A DNA stretch of 64,000 nt from Candidatus Bathyarchaeia archaeon. GTDB taxonomy: Archaea > Thermoproteota > Bathyarchaeia > TCS64. The translations under genes and the position numbers were made by a program. The notes under the pieces are model-generated. The model did no database searches, was not told where the DNA came from, and worked only from the letters and a program-made list of their open reading frames with translations. The stretch spans positions 1-64,000 of the forward strand of contig JBEKDF010000002.1 in the NCBI GenBank assembly GCA_050014495.1, read 5' to 3'. Below are positions 18,824 to 28,547 of this stretch, in pieces; position 1 is the first letter of the stretch; each line of letters starts with the position of its first letter.

Positions 18824-20722
18824 TTGGCTGAGGAACACTCGCACCAAAACCGCGACGAGGGGTTACACGCCGAGGGGGATGGAGGCGTCGGCGTATGGGT
18901 GCTTGTCTTCTCTGGAACTGTCCTAGCTGTTGGCCTCGCGGTGAGCCTCCTCAATGGCATGATACTATTCTCCGAAATCCTCCTCTTAGTATCAATGGTT
19001 GTATCTGGCTACTCAATTGCTATCTCGGGTGGAAAAGCACTACTCCATGGCAGAGTGTCTATTGACCTCCTCATAACGGTTGCCGCGGTGGGAGCGAGCC
19101 TCATCGGCCACATCGAGGAGGGGGCAGCTGTGGTCCTTCTTTTCAACCTCGCCGAGAGACTCGAAGACTACGCAGCGGAAAGGGCTCGCCACGCAATCGA
19201 GGAGCTGATCCAACTGAAGCCTGAGATCGCAGTCGTTAGACGCGACGGCTCGGAAGTAGAGATCCCAGTAGGTGAGGTAATGCCTGGGGAGGTTTTTATC
19301 CTCAGACCTGGGGACCGCGTACCCTTAGACGGTGAGGTATCAGAAGGAGAGTCGGACATTGACCAGTCCGCTATAACAGGTGAATCGATCCCCGTTACGA
19401 AGGGCGTCGGCGACAATGTCTTTGCTGGGACTATGAATGTGGATGGTTTTCTAGCCGTTCAAGCGACGACTATGGCTGAGGAATCGACCCTCTCACGTAT
19501 ACTTCAAATGGTCGAGGAGGCCGAGGAAAGCAAGTCGCCAACTGAGACGCTAGTCGACAGGTTCTCCAAGTGGTACACTCCGACAGTCATAGCTGCAGCC
19601 CTGATTATTGCTACGGTACCGCCTCTAATATTAGGACAGCCACTAATCGAGTGGGTCTATAAATCGCTGGTGATGCTTGTCGTAGCCTGCCCATGTGCTC
19701 TGGCTATCTCAACACCAGTTGCAATGGTTTCCGCCATAGCGAGCGCGAGCAAAAACGGCGTCTTGGTAAAGGGTAGCATACATATCGAGGAGCTTGCGAA
19801 AGCGAGGGTGGTGGCCTTTGATAAGACGGGAACGCTAACCCGTGGCGAGCTCGAGGTGAGTGAGATACGTGGAGCAGAACCCAGTGAGGTACTGCGCTGT
19901 GCAGCAGCTCTCGAGGCGAGATCAGAGCACCCAATAGGCGAGGCGATAGTCGAGAGGGCGCAGAAGGAGAAGATGTCTCAGAGTGAACCCACGGGATTCA
20001 AGACTTACCCTGGACGTGGCGTACAGGCCAGATTAGGGAAATCTACAATCTGTGTCGGCAATCCGAGGCTCTTTACTGAACTTGGTATTAAGAATGGGAA
20101 CAAACTATTCCCTAATAATACAGGGAAGACAATCATTCTTGTAGCAAAAGATGAAGAGTTGATCGGGTCTCTCATCCTAACGGATAAGGTCCGACCTGAG
20201 GCTTTTGCTACAATAGCTGCACTTAAGGCTCGGGGGCTACGAGTGGAGATGCTTACAGGGGATAATGAGGAGGCTGCTCGCGATATATCCCGTAGGGTTG
20301 GAGTCGACGACTTCAAGGCTGGACTCCTTCCCGAAGAGAAGGTGGCAGCCGTGGAGGCCTTAAGGTTGATTGGTGGTGTGGTTATGGTGGGGGATGGTGT
20401 AAACGACGCACCCGCATTGGCGAAAGCGGATGTCGGTGTGGCGATGGGGGCGATGGGGAGTGATGTCGCCCTAGAAACCGCGGACATAGCCCTAATGCAG
20501 GACAGGCTCGACCTTGTTCCATATGCTGTAGACCTAAGTAGGGCCACAATGCAGCGGATAAGGGAAAACATAACACTGAGCGTAGTTGTGAAACTTCTTG
20601 TCGCACTTTTAGCCCTACTGGGATTCGTGACTCTATGGATCGCAGTCGCTGTCGGTGATATGGGATTGAGCCTAGCAGTGATACTTAATGCACTTCGGCT
20701 CGGTAGGATTAAGCCAGAGTGA
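18824..20722 (+). CDS. Heavy-metal P1B-type ATPase, Zn/Cd/Pb (P1B-2) type
   Basis: [26 protein letters not shown] Lys (VVKL) and GDMG typical of ZntA/CadA. Confidence 0.9.
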   Translation: MAEEHSHQNRDEGLHAEGDGGVGVWVLVFSGTVLAVGLAVSLLNGMILFSEILLLVSMVVSGYSIAISGGKALLHGRVSIDLLITVAAVGASLIGHIEEGAAVVLLFNLAERLEDYAAERARHAIEELIQLKPEIAVVRRDGSEVEIPVGEVMPGEVFILRPGDRVPLDGEVSEGESDIDQSAITGESIPVTKGVGDNVFAGTMNVDGFLAVQATTMAEESTLSRILQMVEEAEESKSPTETLVDRFSKWYTPTVIAAALIIATVPPLILGQPLIEWVYKSLVMLVVACPCALAISTPVAMVSAIASASKNGVLVKGSIHIEELAKARVVAFDKTGTLTRGELEVSEIRGAEPSEVLRCAAALEARSEHPIGEAIVERAQKEKMSQSEPTGFKTYPGRGVQARLGKSTICVGNPRLFTELGIKNGNKLFPNNTGKTIILVAKDEELIGSLILTDKVRPEAFATIAALKARGLRVEMLTGDNEEAARDISRRVGVDDFKAGLLPEEKVAAVEALRLIGGVVMVGDGVNDAPALAKADVGVAMGAMGSDVALETADIALMQDRLDLVPYAVDLSRATMQRIRENITLSVVVKLLVALLALLGFVTLWIAVAVGDMGLSLAVILNALRLGRIKPE

Positions 20723-20878
20723 GTTCCTGCTTTATTTCTAATTTTCCTAATAACCTAGAGTTATTGTATCATTTTTTATTTTCTTTCAGTGACCACGCGA
20801 CCACAGGCAATGCACACGCGCAGATCCGAATTAGACTATTCGAAATCTTATATTAGAAGATCTAAATGAAGTTCATGT

Positions 20879-21364
20879 ATGGAGACCATCATACGAAACG
20901 AGATGAGGCCGGGAGATTTAGGCGAAATCGTGCGTCTCCATGGAGTTCTCTACGCTCGAGAATATGGATTGGATAACACTTTCGAGGCATATGTCGCTGC
21001 TCCCCTATCTGAGTTTGTTCTCGCTAAGAATCAGTTCGGTCAAAGAATTTGGGTTGTCGAGTATGCCGGTAGTGTAGCTGGCTGCCTCGCTATTGTGAGC
21101 AGCGGGGAAGGTGTAGCCCAGCTTAGATGGTTTCTACTCACACCAGAGACAAGGGGGAAAGGCCTCGGTAAGTACCTTATGAAAGAGGCCATCGATTACA
21201 GCCGTAAGACAGGCTATAAACGGGTAATCCTTTGGACCTTCAGTGAGCTGGAGACAGCTCTTGCTCTCTATAGGCGTTGGGGATTCAAGAAGACGGAGGA
21301 GAAGACACACCACATTTGGGGCAGGGACCTTACTGAGGAGAAGTACGAGTTAGAGCTCTCTTAA
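20879..21364 (+). CDS. GNAT family N-acetyltransferase
   Basis: RGKGLG acetyl-CoA motif, ALALYRRWGF. Confidence 0.9.
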   Translation: METIIRNEMRPGDLGEIVRLHGVLYAREYGLDNTFEAYVAAPLSEFVLAKNQFGQRIWVVEYAGSVAGCLAIVSSGEGVAQLRWFLLTPETRGKGLGKYLMKEAIDYSRKTGYKRVILWTFSELETALALYRRWGFKKTEEKTHHIWGRDLTEEKYELELS

Positions 21365-21404
21365 AACTAAGTTAATATGCCGAGAACCCTCGTAATGTTG
21401 CCTC

Positions 21405-21580
21405 TTAGAATCGCCTCTCGTTCAGGTTCGCTTTGGACTTTAGATTCCTTGATCTTTCACATGGATCCTCGACAGCCATTGGGGCAGGCCAGTCCGTCCC
21501 TTGAATCATGTTCTCAACACTGACGGCGTCTATAAGGAATCTCAGGTTCCTATCGGTGAAGGTTGTGGTATCGCGCACTG
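21405..21580 (-). pseudogene. C-terminal remnant of an amidohydrolase_2 family (ACMSD-like) gene
   Basis: DTTTFTDRNLRFLIDAVSVENMIQGTDWPAPM matches the family GxD(W/Y)P tail; N-terminus absent. Confidence 0.55.
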
Positions 21581-21651
21581 GTTGCGTATATAATCGGGTT
21601 GGGCCTTGGAGCCTAAAGGTTAAAGGCGTGGTTCTCATTCGTCTCTACGGC

Positions 21652-22047
21652 ATGTCGGACGACGAGCTGGAACGCCTTAAGCGGAAAAAGATACAAGAGA
21701 TACATAGGCGCATTGCTACCCAACAGGCTTCGCAGGCTGCTCAGGCCCTGGCGAAAGACAAGTCGAAGGAGCCATCCACTGACCAGATACTCGATGGCAT
21801 CTTTGGCGACCGTGGATGGGAGGTTTGGAGAGCTGCAAGGGAACAGTTCCCCAAGGTTATACCTCAGGTCGAGCAGGCTCTCGTCGACGCAGTGAAGCAA
21901 GGGAAGATCGGGCAAAAGATCGACGGTGGGGGTCTCGCCATGTTCCTTCGCCAAATTGGTCTCCCCTTAAGACTCAATACCCAGATACGCTTCGCTGAGC
22001 ACGGTGAACTCAAGACGCTTGAGCAGAAGCTTAAGAGTGAAGTATAA
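21652..22047 (+). CDS. PDCD5-like double-stranded DNA-binding protein (divergent paralog)
   Basis: MSDDELERLKRKK N-terminus, VEQALV...GKI..KID; start reassigned to ATG 21652. Confidence 0.7.
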   Translation: MSDDELERLKRKKIQEIHRRIATQQASQAAQALAKDKSKEPSTDQILDGIFGDRGWEVWRAAREQFPKVIPQVEQALVDAVKQGKIGQKIDGGGLAMFLRQIGLPLRLNTQIRFAEHGELKTLEQKLKSEV

Positions 22048-22124
22048 TCGTATCTCCTCTTAACATCAGTCAGAACATTTTATGTTAATTACTTAGTGCA
22101 AAGAAACAATACATCGTAGAATAG

Positions 22125-22950
22125 GTGACTCATTTGCGCCCTCCGTGGGTTATAACCCTCCTCAAGAAGAATTTCCGTTACCGATTCGCACTTGCTAAAG
22201 CCTCGCGTATTCCTGGTATCGGTTCCATCATGAGCCAGATGCTCTTCGATGGCGATGACATGGTCTACCTCCCAAAGGATAACGTTGTCGAGTTTGCTGT
22301 CAACCAGCAAATAGATCCTGGTACTAGTACGCCCCTCCCTAGCGAGATAGTCCACCGTTTAATCGACGAAGCGGGCTTCCACTGGGCGATGAATTTCTGT
22401 ATATGTCGGGAGTCGAATAAGTGCGAGGACTATCCACGGGACCTCGGTTGCCTCTTCATGGGTGAGGCTGCAAAGAGGATCGATCCTAAGCTCGGTCACC
22501 CGATTACGCGTATGGAGGCCCACGCTCACATCCGCCACGCTGACGAGGCTGGTCTCATACACGTCATCGGCAGGAATAAGCTCGATGCTATCTGGCTAGA
22601 TGTAGCCCCCGGGAAGAGGCTCCTTACCCTCTGCAACTGCTGCCCTTGCTGCTGCCTCTGGAAGATGCTGCCCAACTTGAATGGCGCCATTTCGGCGAGA
22701 ATAACGAAGATGGAAGGCGTCGAAGTAACTGTTTACCCCGACTCCTGTGTTGGTTGCGGCGAATGCCAAGGTCTGCTTCGTTAACGCCATTAAAATCGAC
22801 GGCGGGAAGGCGCTGATCACCAATCAGTGCCGTGGTTGTGGCCGATGCGTTGAGGCGTGCCCTAACAATGCCGTGAAGATGACGACTCCCAGCATAATGG
22901 CCATCGAGAACACAATGAAACGCATCCACAACAACGTGGATGTTTATTGA
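22125..22950 (+). pseudogene. 4Fe-4S dicluster protein, frameshifted near 22767
   Basis: CICR, CLF, CNCCPCCC, then CVGCGEC in one frame and KVCFVNAI...CRGCGRCVEACP in the next. Confidence 0.8.
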
Positions 22951-23135
22951 AGAAACAGGATCAGCTGAACTCAAGTTTTGGTAGTAGCTCTGCAGGTACT
23001 TGAAAACTGGCACTCCTTCAGTGACTCCTTACCCACATGGATTTATGGACTGTGTCTGCACTTTTAAACCGTCGAGTTTCACAATTGTGTCACCTTTAAC
23101 AAGAATATTGATTATTAAGTTTCGAGGCGCGGAAA

Positions 23136-24161
23136 TTAGAGTAGCTCCACTGCGGAGGCTTTGAAGCTTATATATACCTCCGAGCCGACGTTTAACTCCA
23201 TCTCGGTGAGGGTACGGCGAGTGATTTTCGCTATGAATATCCTACCAGCGTCTATCCTGAGCCTAATGACGGAGCCACTCTCCTCGACCCCCACTATGCG
23301 TCCACTATAATTGTTCCTGGCGCTCGTCTCTATCGGGGTCTTGGAGACTATGATATCCTCAGGTCGAACTCTGACAGCCACACGCCCCTCGTGGCAGGCG
23401 CTGCATGCTATTCTAGTACCTCCCCCAACATCGACCTCGGACTCCCCGTCAACGTTCTTTCCGATCCCCGAGAAGACGTTGCTACCGAATCTGTTAGAGG
23501 CCAGCACCTCGACTCCCCCCTCAGCGACTATCCTCCCCGCCTCAAGCTGTATTACCCTCTCTGCGAGCCTACCCACCCGTGCAAGATCGTGGCTGGCAAC
23601 GACGATGCTCCTCACACCAGCCTCACCCGAAATCACGTCTGATACTATGGAGGCATTCTCCGTGTCGAGGTTAGCGGTAGGTTCATCGAGGATTAGTACC
23701 CTTGGGTCTAGAACGAGGGCTCGCGCGAGAGAAACCCTCTGTTGCTCACCACCAGAAATCTTGCGCGCATCCCTCACCTCAAAACCAGGGAGACGAACCT
23801 TTACGAGGGTCTCCGAGACGCGCCTTGATATCTCGTCCTCACTAATGCCTCTGAGGCGGAGGCCGTAGGCGACGTTATCGTAGACGCTACCGCGAATAAA
23901 TAGGGGATGCTGAAAGATCATCGTCGCCTCCTTCCTAAGTTTGGCAGCAACCTGTTTGTCTAGGATCCTTCCCCTCCAACGGAAGGTCCCAGCCGAGGGG
24001 ATATCGAGCCCTGCTAGGAGCCTCAACAGGGTCGTTTTCCCCGCTCCACTCTCCCCGACGACGCCGAGAGCCTCCCCCTCCCCCATTGAAAGGTCGACAG
24101 CCTCAAGGGCGTGCCTTGTCCCGAAGCTCCTATAGACCTCCTCTAGTCTGTAAAGCTCCAT
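23136..24161 (-). CDS. tupC: Tungstate ABC transporter ATP-binding subunit with C-terminal TOBE domain
   Basis: GESGAGKTT, ISGGEQQR, LDEPT, SARN...G.I TOBE tail. Confidence 0.85.
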   Translation of the reverse strand: MELYRLEEVYRSFGTRHALEAVDLSMGEGEALGVVGESGAGKTTLLRLLAGLDIPSAGTFRWRGRILDKQVAAKLRKEATMIFQHPLFIRGSVYDNVAYGLRLRGISEDEISRRVSETLVKVRLPGFEVRDARKISGGEQQRVSLARALVLDPRVLILDEPTANLDTENASIVSDVISGEAGVRSIVVASHDLARVGRLAERVIQLEAGRIVAEGGVEVLASNRFGSNVFSGIGKNVDGESEVDVGGGTRIACSACHEGRVAVRVRPEDIIVSKTPIETSARNNYSGRIVGVEESGSVIRLRIDAGRIFIAKITRRTLTEMELNVGSEVYISFKASAVELL

Positions 24162-24857
24162 CTAGAGTCCCCCTCCGAGCCATGAGATTATGAAGTTGAG
24201 TGAGATTACGACTATTAGGAGGATGAAACTAAGAGCAAATGCAATGCCTAGTTCACCCATGTTGGTCTGTAAGGCGATCGACGTGGTTAGGACCCTGGTG
24301 AGACCCTCGATATTCCCACCGATCATCATCGCGATGCCTAACTCAGCGAATGCCCTGTTAAAACTGGAGACGAGGGCTAGTGAGACACCACTCCAGGCTT
24401 CTCTGAGAACAGTGAGAGAACTCTCGTACTCCGACGCACCGAGAGTACGAGCGAGGTCTCTCACACCCACATCTCTAGCTTCCACTGCACTCGCCACGAA
24501 ACTGATGACCAGCGGCGTCACGAGAACCCCCTCACCCACGGCTATACCAGGCACCGTGTATAGGAGTTGGAGATACCCCAGAGGGCCACTTCGCGAGAAC
24601 AATATGTAGAGGAAGAGACCAAGAGTCACAGTGGGGACGCCAACAAGAGCACTGAACAAGGTCTTAATGAAACTCCTCCCCTTAAACGACCCCAGACCTA
24701 TAACTACGCCAATCGGCATCCCCACGAGCGCTGCCATCCCCGTCGCTGCCGCAGCGGTCTCAAGGCTTCTCAGAGTTATCTGCATCACCTCGCTGTCTCC
24801 CGTGAGGATGAGGTGTACGCCCTGCCACAGACCGTCGATTATTGGCTGCCAGCTCAA
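24162..24857 (-). CDS. tupB: Tungstate ABC transporter permease
   Basis: SRSGPLG, AELGIAMMIGGNIEGLTRVLTT. Confidence 0.9.
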   Translation of the reverse strand: MSWQPIIDGLWQGVHLILTGDSEVMQITLRSLETAAAATGMAALVGMPIGVVIGLGSFKGRSFIKTLFSALVGVPTVTLGLFLYILFSRSGPLGYLQLLYTVPGIAVGEGVLVTPLVISFVASAVEARDVGVRDLARTLGASEYESSLTVLREAWSGVSLALVSSFNRAFAELGIAMMIGGNIEGLTRVLTTSIALQTNMGELGIAFALSFILLIVVISLNFIISWLGGGL

Positions 24858-24894
24858 AAATGGGTCCCTTCAGAAAAAGGATGGCTCAATCTCT

Positions 24895-25908
24895 TTATTT
24901 GTATAGGTCGCTAGCGTTCAGGCGGTACTGAGACGGGCACTCGGAGCCCTGGATGTAAGCGTAGGACTCCACCCACTGTATCGTCGTCGTGTCCGTGCCC
25001 GCCGTCAGTGTCGGAATCCAGGGCGAGAAGACAGTCTTTCCCTGGACGCCGAAGGTTCCAAGGAGGTTCTGCCCATCAGTGGAGAGTAGGTACCTCTCAA
25101 ATGTCATGGAGGCGTTGAAGTTGCCTCGCGTATTCTTCGCTGGGTTACAAACGATGACCGAGTAGACATTGAGCATGTTCTTCTCAGGCCCCACGAACTG
25201 GACGAGCTGGATGTTGCCGTTCGCCGTGTTTGTTAGGAAGCTAGCTATGTCGGTTATTGTGTAGGCGTTCTTCTGGTTGGCCAGCTGGAGTGTCGCAGTC
25301 ATGCCAGTGCCTGCGGATAGGTACCATGGGCTCCCGCTGGGAGCCTTCTCTGCTGCGAGCTTTGTGGAGTCGAGTCCGGCTAGCTTCCAGAGAGCGATCT
25401 CCTTTGTGTTTGTGCCGGATTTGTCTCCCCTGCTCGCCCACAGCACCGTCCCCGCTTCTCCGGCGGCCGCGATCTTCTTCAAAGCGTCAACTGCAGATAG
25501 GCCAGTAATCCCTGCGGGATCACTCGCCGGGCCGACAATGAGGAAGTAGTTGTATGCGATTATCTTCCTGTTCACGCCAGTGCCATTACTGAGAAATATC
25601 ACCTCAGACGAGGGGGCGTGGACTAGGACTAGGTCAGCATCGCCACGCGCTGCGGTGGCGAGCGCTAGCCCTGTGCCTTGGCTGATGAAGCTCACGTTAT
25701 ACTGCGGGTACTTAGCTTCGAAACTCTTTTTGAGGACGGATAGAAACCCAGTTTCATAGAGGCTTGTAGTCGTTGAGACTATCAATTGAGTCTTTCCAGC
25801 TGCGGGGCGGTTGAAATACCAGACTGCTCCCACCAACCCAACGACGATCACAACTGCAAGGATGACAGCTGTCTTCTGATTGATCGATATGCCCTTTTTC
25901 TCTGCCAT
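24895..25908 (-). CDS. tupA: Tungstate-binding protein, membrane anchored
   Basis: TTTS TupA signature, GTG.AL, GDADLVLVHAP, SRGDKSGT. Confidence 0.9.
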   Translation of the reverse strand: MAEKKGISINQKTAVILAVVIVVGLVGAVWYFNRPAAGKTQLIVSTTTSLYETGFLSVLKKSFEAKYPQYNVSFISQGTGLALATAARGDADLVLVHAPSSEVIFLSNGTGVNRKIIAYNYFLIVGPASDPAGITGLSAVDALKKIAAAGEAGTVLWASRGDKSGTNTKEIALWKLAGLDSTKLAAEKAPSGSPWYLSAGTGMTATLQLANQKNAYTITDIASFLTNTANGNIQLVQFVGPEKNMLNVYSVIVCNPAKNTRGNFNASMTFERYLLSTDGQNLLGTFGVQGKTVFSPWIPTLTAGTDTTTIQWVESYAYIQGSECPSQYRLNASDLYK

Positions 25909-25961
25909 CTAGATCACTTTCGAACTGTTTGATGTAGCATATCGTATAAGGATTTCCGTAT

Positions 25962-25975
25962 TGCACATGTGTGCA
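25962..25975. promoter_or_regulatory. Palindrome in the tupA/moaA divergent promoter region
   Basis: TGCACA-TG-TGTGCA just upstream of a TATA-like CCGTTTTAG. Confidence 0.45.
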
Positions 25976-26019
25976 TAACCGTTTTAGGGAGCCGAGGCTC
26001 CGATACTTCCGTTATAGGT

Positions 26020-26943
26020 TTGGAGCAACTCGTCGATCCCTTTGGAAGGCTTGTCACAAGTCTCCGCGTCAGCGTCACGCAGAGGTGTGACCTTGCCTGT
26101 TTTTTCTGTCACCGTGAGGGGGAGCATGACCCGGGTAAGGAGATGACTCCGAGTGAGATTGGGAGAATAGTCGAAGTTGCTTCTGAGTTAGGTGTAACAA
26201 AGATAAAGGTCACTGGCGGCGAGCCACTGATGAGGGAAGACCTTGTTGAGATAATCAGCCTCCTATCCCCGCACGTCATGGAGGTCTCAATGACGACGAA
26301 TGCCCTCCGACTCCCCGGAAAGGCTGTCGCCCTTAAAAATGCGGGACTTAAAAGGGTAAATATAAGCCTCCACAGCCTCAAACGCGAGACAGTGAAAAAG
26401 ATCGCTGGCACAGATTGCCTCGACCAAGTACTAGCTGGGATACGCGCAGCGGACGAAGCTGGACTCAAGCCTATAAAACTCAATTTCGTAGTCATGAAGG
26501 GGTTAAACTCCGAAGAGATACAAGATATGCTCCATCTTTCCGCAGATACTGGGACGATCCTACAACTCATTGAATACCAACCTCTCGAACGGGGTGTTGA
26601 GAAATGGGATGACCTCTTCTTCGACATTACGCCCCTTGAACGCAAGTGGGATGCCGAGGCTGTGAGGGTCGAGGAGCAGGTTATGCATCGGAGGAAGAGG
26701 TACACACTGACCGACGGTGCCACTGTGGAGATCGTGCGCCCAATCCACAACACCATTTTCTGCGCCAACTGCAACAGGCTCCGCCTCACAAGCGATGGGC
26801 GCCTCAAGCCATGTCTAATGAGAAATGATAACCTCGTTCCCTTAGTGCAACTCTTAAGGAGTGGAGCGTCGAAAGAGGATTTGGTGGACGCTTTCCGACT
26901 GGCTACTAGTCTTAGGGCCCCTTACTGGAGGGATGCTGAGTGA
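26020..26943 (+). CDS. moaA: GTP 3',8-cyclase
   Basis: LRVSVTQRCDLACFFC radical-SAM motif, CANCNRLRLTSDG.LKPC; TTG start. Confidence 0.95.
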   Translation: MEQLVDPFGRLVTSLRVSVTQRCDLACFFCHREGEHDPGKEMTPSEIGRIVEVASELGVTKIKVTGGEPLMREDLVEIISLLSPHVMEVSMTTNALRLPGKAVALKNAGLKRVNISLHSLKRETVKKIAGTDCLDQVLAGIRAADEAGLKPIKLNFVVMKGLNSEEIQDMLHLSADTGTILQLIEYQPLERGVEKWDDLFFDITPLERKWDAEAVRVEEQVMHRRKRYTLTDGATVEIVRPIHNTIFCANCNRLRLTSDGRLKPCLMRNDNLVPLVQLLRSGASKEDLVDAFRLATSLRAPYWRDAE

Positions 26944-27185
26944 GGTTAAGGGTACGCTATTTCGCAAGCATACGAGAGCTCACAGGTTTAAGAGAGGAAC
27001 AGCTGGAGGTCCCTGATAACTCCACGGCAGATACGCTGAAGCGTACGGTCCAAGGACTCCACTCTATGCTTGATGGCCAAGAAGATAACATACTTGTCGC
27101 CGTAAACGGATCCTTCGTCGAGCCTATGCGAATTCTCAAGGAGGGAGACGAGGTCGCCCTCTTCCCACCCGTTAGCGGGGGTTAA
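26940..27185 (+). CDS. moaD: Molybdopterin synthase sulfur carrier
   Basis: YFASIRE, AVNG, C-terminal PPVSGG. Confidence 0.95.
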   Translation: MRLRVRYFASIRELTGLREEQLEVPDNSTADTLKRTVQGLHSMLDGQEDNILVAVNGSFVEPMRILKEGDEVALFPPVSGG

Positions 27186-27188
27186 GCA

Positions 27189-27611
27189 TTGATCAGAGTC
27201 ACCAAAGACGACTTCAACATCGACGAGGAGCTCAAGTCGCTAAAAAAGCCTCCCGTGGGTGGGTTGGTGATGTTTGTCGGTATCGTCAGAGACGAGTCGG
27301 ATGACGCACGGGTGGAGCGGATGGAGATAGAGGTCTACCCGGAAATGGCGGAGAAGCAACTCACAACCATTAGAGATGAGGCTCTGGAGAAGTTTGGGGT
27401 CGATGATGTCCTCATTTTCCACAGGTACGGCGACCTAAAAGTAGGCGATAACATCGTCTTAGTGGCTGTCTCCGCAGGGCACAGAGAAGCAGCATTCGAT
27501 GCCTGTAGATACATCATTGACGAGTTGAAGAGGAGGGTACCCATCTGGAAAAGGGAGCACACACCCTCGGGAGCACGTTGGGTGGAGGTTGATAGACCTG
27601 ACAAATATTGA
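27189..27611 (+). CDS. moaE: Molybdopterin synthase catalytic subunit
   Basis: FVGIVR, HRYG.L, HREAAF, PIWKRE. Confidence 0.95.
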   Translation: MIRVTKDDFNIDEELKSLKKPPVGGLVMFVGIVRDESDDARVERMEIEVYPEMAEKQLTTIRDEALEKFGVDDVLIFHRYGDLKVGDNIVLVAVSAGHREAAFDACRYIIDELKRRVPIWKREHTPSGARWVEVDRPDKY

Positions 27612-28053
27612 CCCATTTGGGATGATTGACATCGCTGACAAGGAGTCGGTGTCCAGGACCGCAGAGGCAGCTGGCAGAATCATACTCCAGAAGAAGACGA
27701 TAGAAGCGATCAGAGCGGGTAAGATGAAGAAAGGTGATCCCCTCGCTGCAGCGGAGATAGCCTGCATTCAGGCTGTAAAGAGGACACCCGATCTCATACC
27801 CTTGTGCCACCAAGTACCCATATCCTCCGTGAACACTAATTTCACACTCGGAGAAGACCACGTAGAGGCTTGGTGCCGCGTCTCCGCCATATACAAGACC
27901 GGAGTCGAGATGGAGGCATTGATGGGGGTATCAGTCGCCCTCCTAACAGTCTGGGACATGGTCAAGTACATGGAGAAAGATGAGGAAGGTCAGTACCCCA
28001 CCACGAGGATTAGTGATATCAGGGTCATCGAGAAGAGGAAGAGAAGTAAATGA
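27589..28053 (+). CDS. moaC: Cyclic pyranopterin monophosphate synthase
   Basis: LIPLCH, TGVEMEAL, WDMVK; start uncertain (27589, 27598 or 27621). Confidence 0.95.
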   Translation: MIDLTNIDPFGMIDIADKESVSRTAEAAGRIILQKKTIEAIRAGKMKKGDPLAAAEIACIQAVKRTPDLIPLCHQVPISSVNTNFTLGEDHVEAWCRVSAIYKTGVEMEALMGVSVALLTVWDMVKYMEKDEEGQYPTTRISDIRVIEKRKRSK

Positions 28054-28547
28054 GCGAACACCCGATTGACAAGAAAGTGCCTACAATCTTCGCACTCGTG
28101 GTGACGAGCGACACGAGGACTGAAAGGGATGATGAAACGGGGAGGATAGCCGTCGGCCTAATAGAGGGTGACGGGCACACTGTAGCGAGTCACTCAATCG
28201 TCCCCAATAACGATGAGAAGATAAGGATCGAAGTCGAGAAGCTCCTTTACGATAACTCCATTAAAGTAATAGTAACAAGTGGAGGAACAGGCATAGGTCT
28301 CAAGGACAGAACTGTCGCGGCAGTCAAACCCCTGTTGGAGAAGGAGATGCCAGGTTTTGGGGAATTATTCCGGAGAATCAGCTACGACGAAATCGGGGGG
28401 GCTGCCATTATGAGCCGCGCCACAGCAGGTGTCGCCAAAGGAAAACTCATCTTCTGCCTCCCAGGATCGCGGAACGCTATGAAAGTTGCGCTCACAAAGA
28501 TCATACTGCCCAACGTGGGCCATATGCAGTGGGAGATAAACAGATGA
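28050..28547 (+). CDS. moaB: MoaB/MogA molybdopterin adenylyltransferase
   Basis: TSD, SGGTG, PGFGELFR, SRA, LPGS. Confidence 0.92.
   Translation: MSEHPIDKKVPTIFALVVTSDTRTERDDETGRIAVGLIEGDGHTVASHSIVPNNDEKIRIEVEKLLYDNSIKVIVTSGGTGIGLKDRTVAAVKPLLEKEMPGFGELFRRISYDEIGGAAIMSRATAGVAKGKLIFCLPGSRNAMKVALTKIILPNVGHMQWEINR

Noticed and set aside
22951..23135. PDZ-like peptide KGDTIVKLDG on the minus strand
   Set aside because: Too short and interrupted to support a pseudogene call
26109..26807. Long antisense ORFs (e.g. 232 aa here; also 5030-5644, 3441-4010, 20005-20571, 50535-51110)
   Set aside because: Shadow frames of well-supported genes with no recognisable motifs
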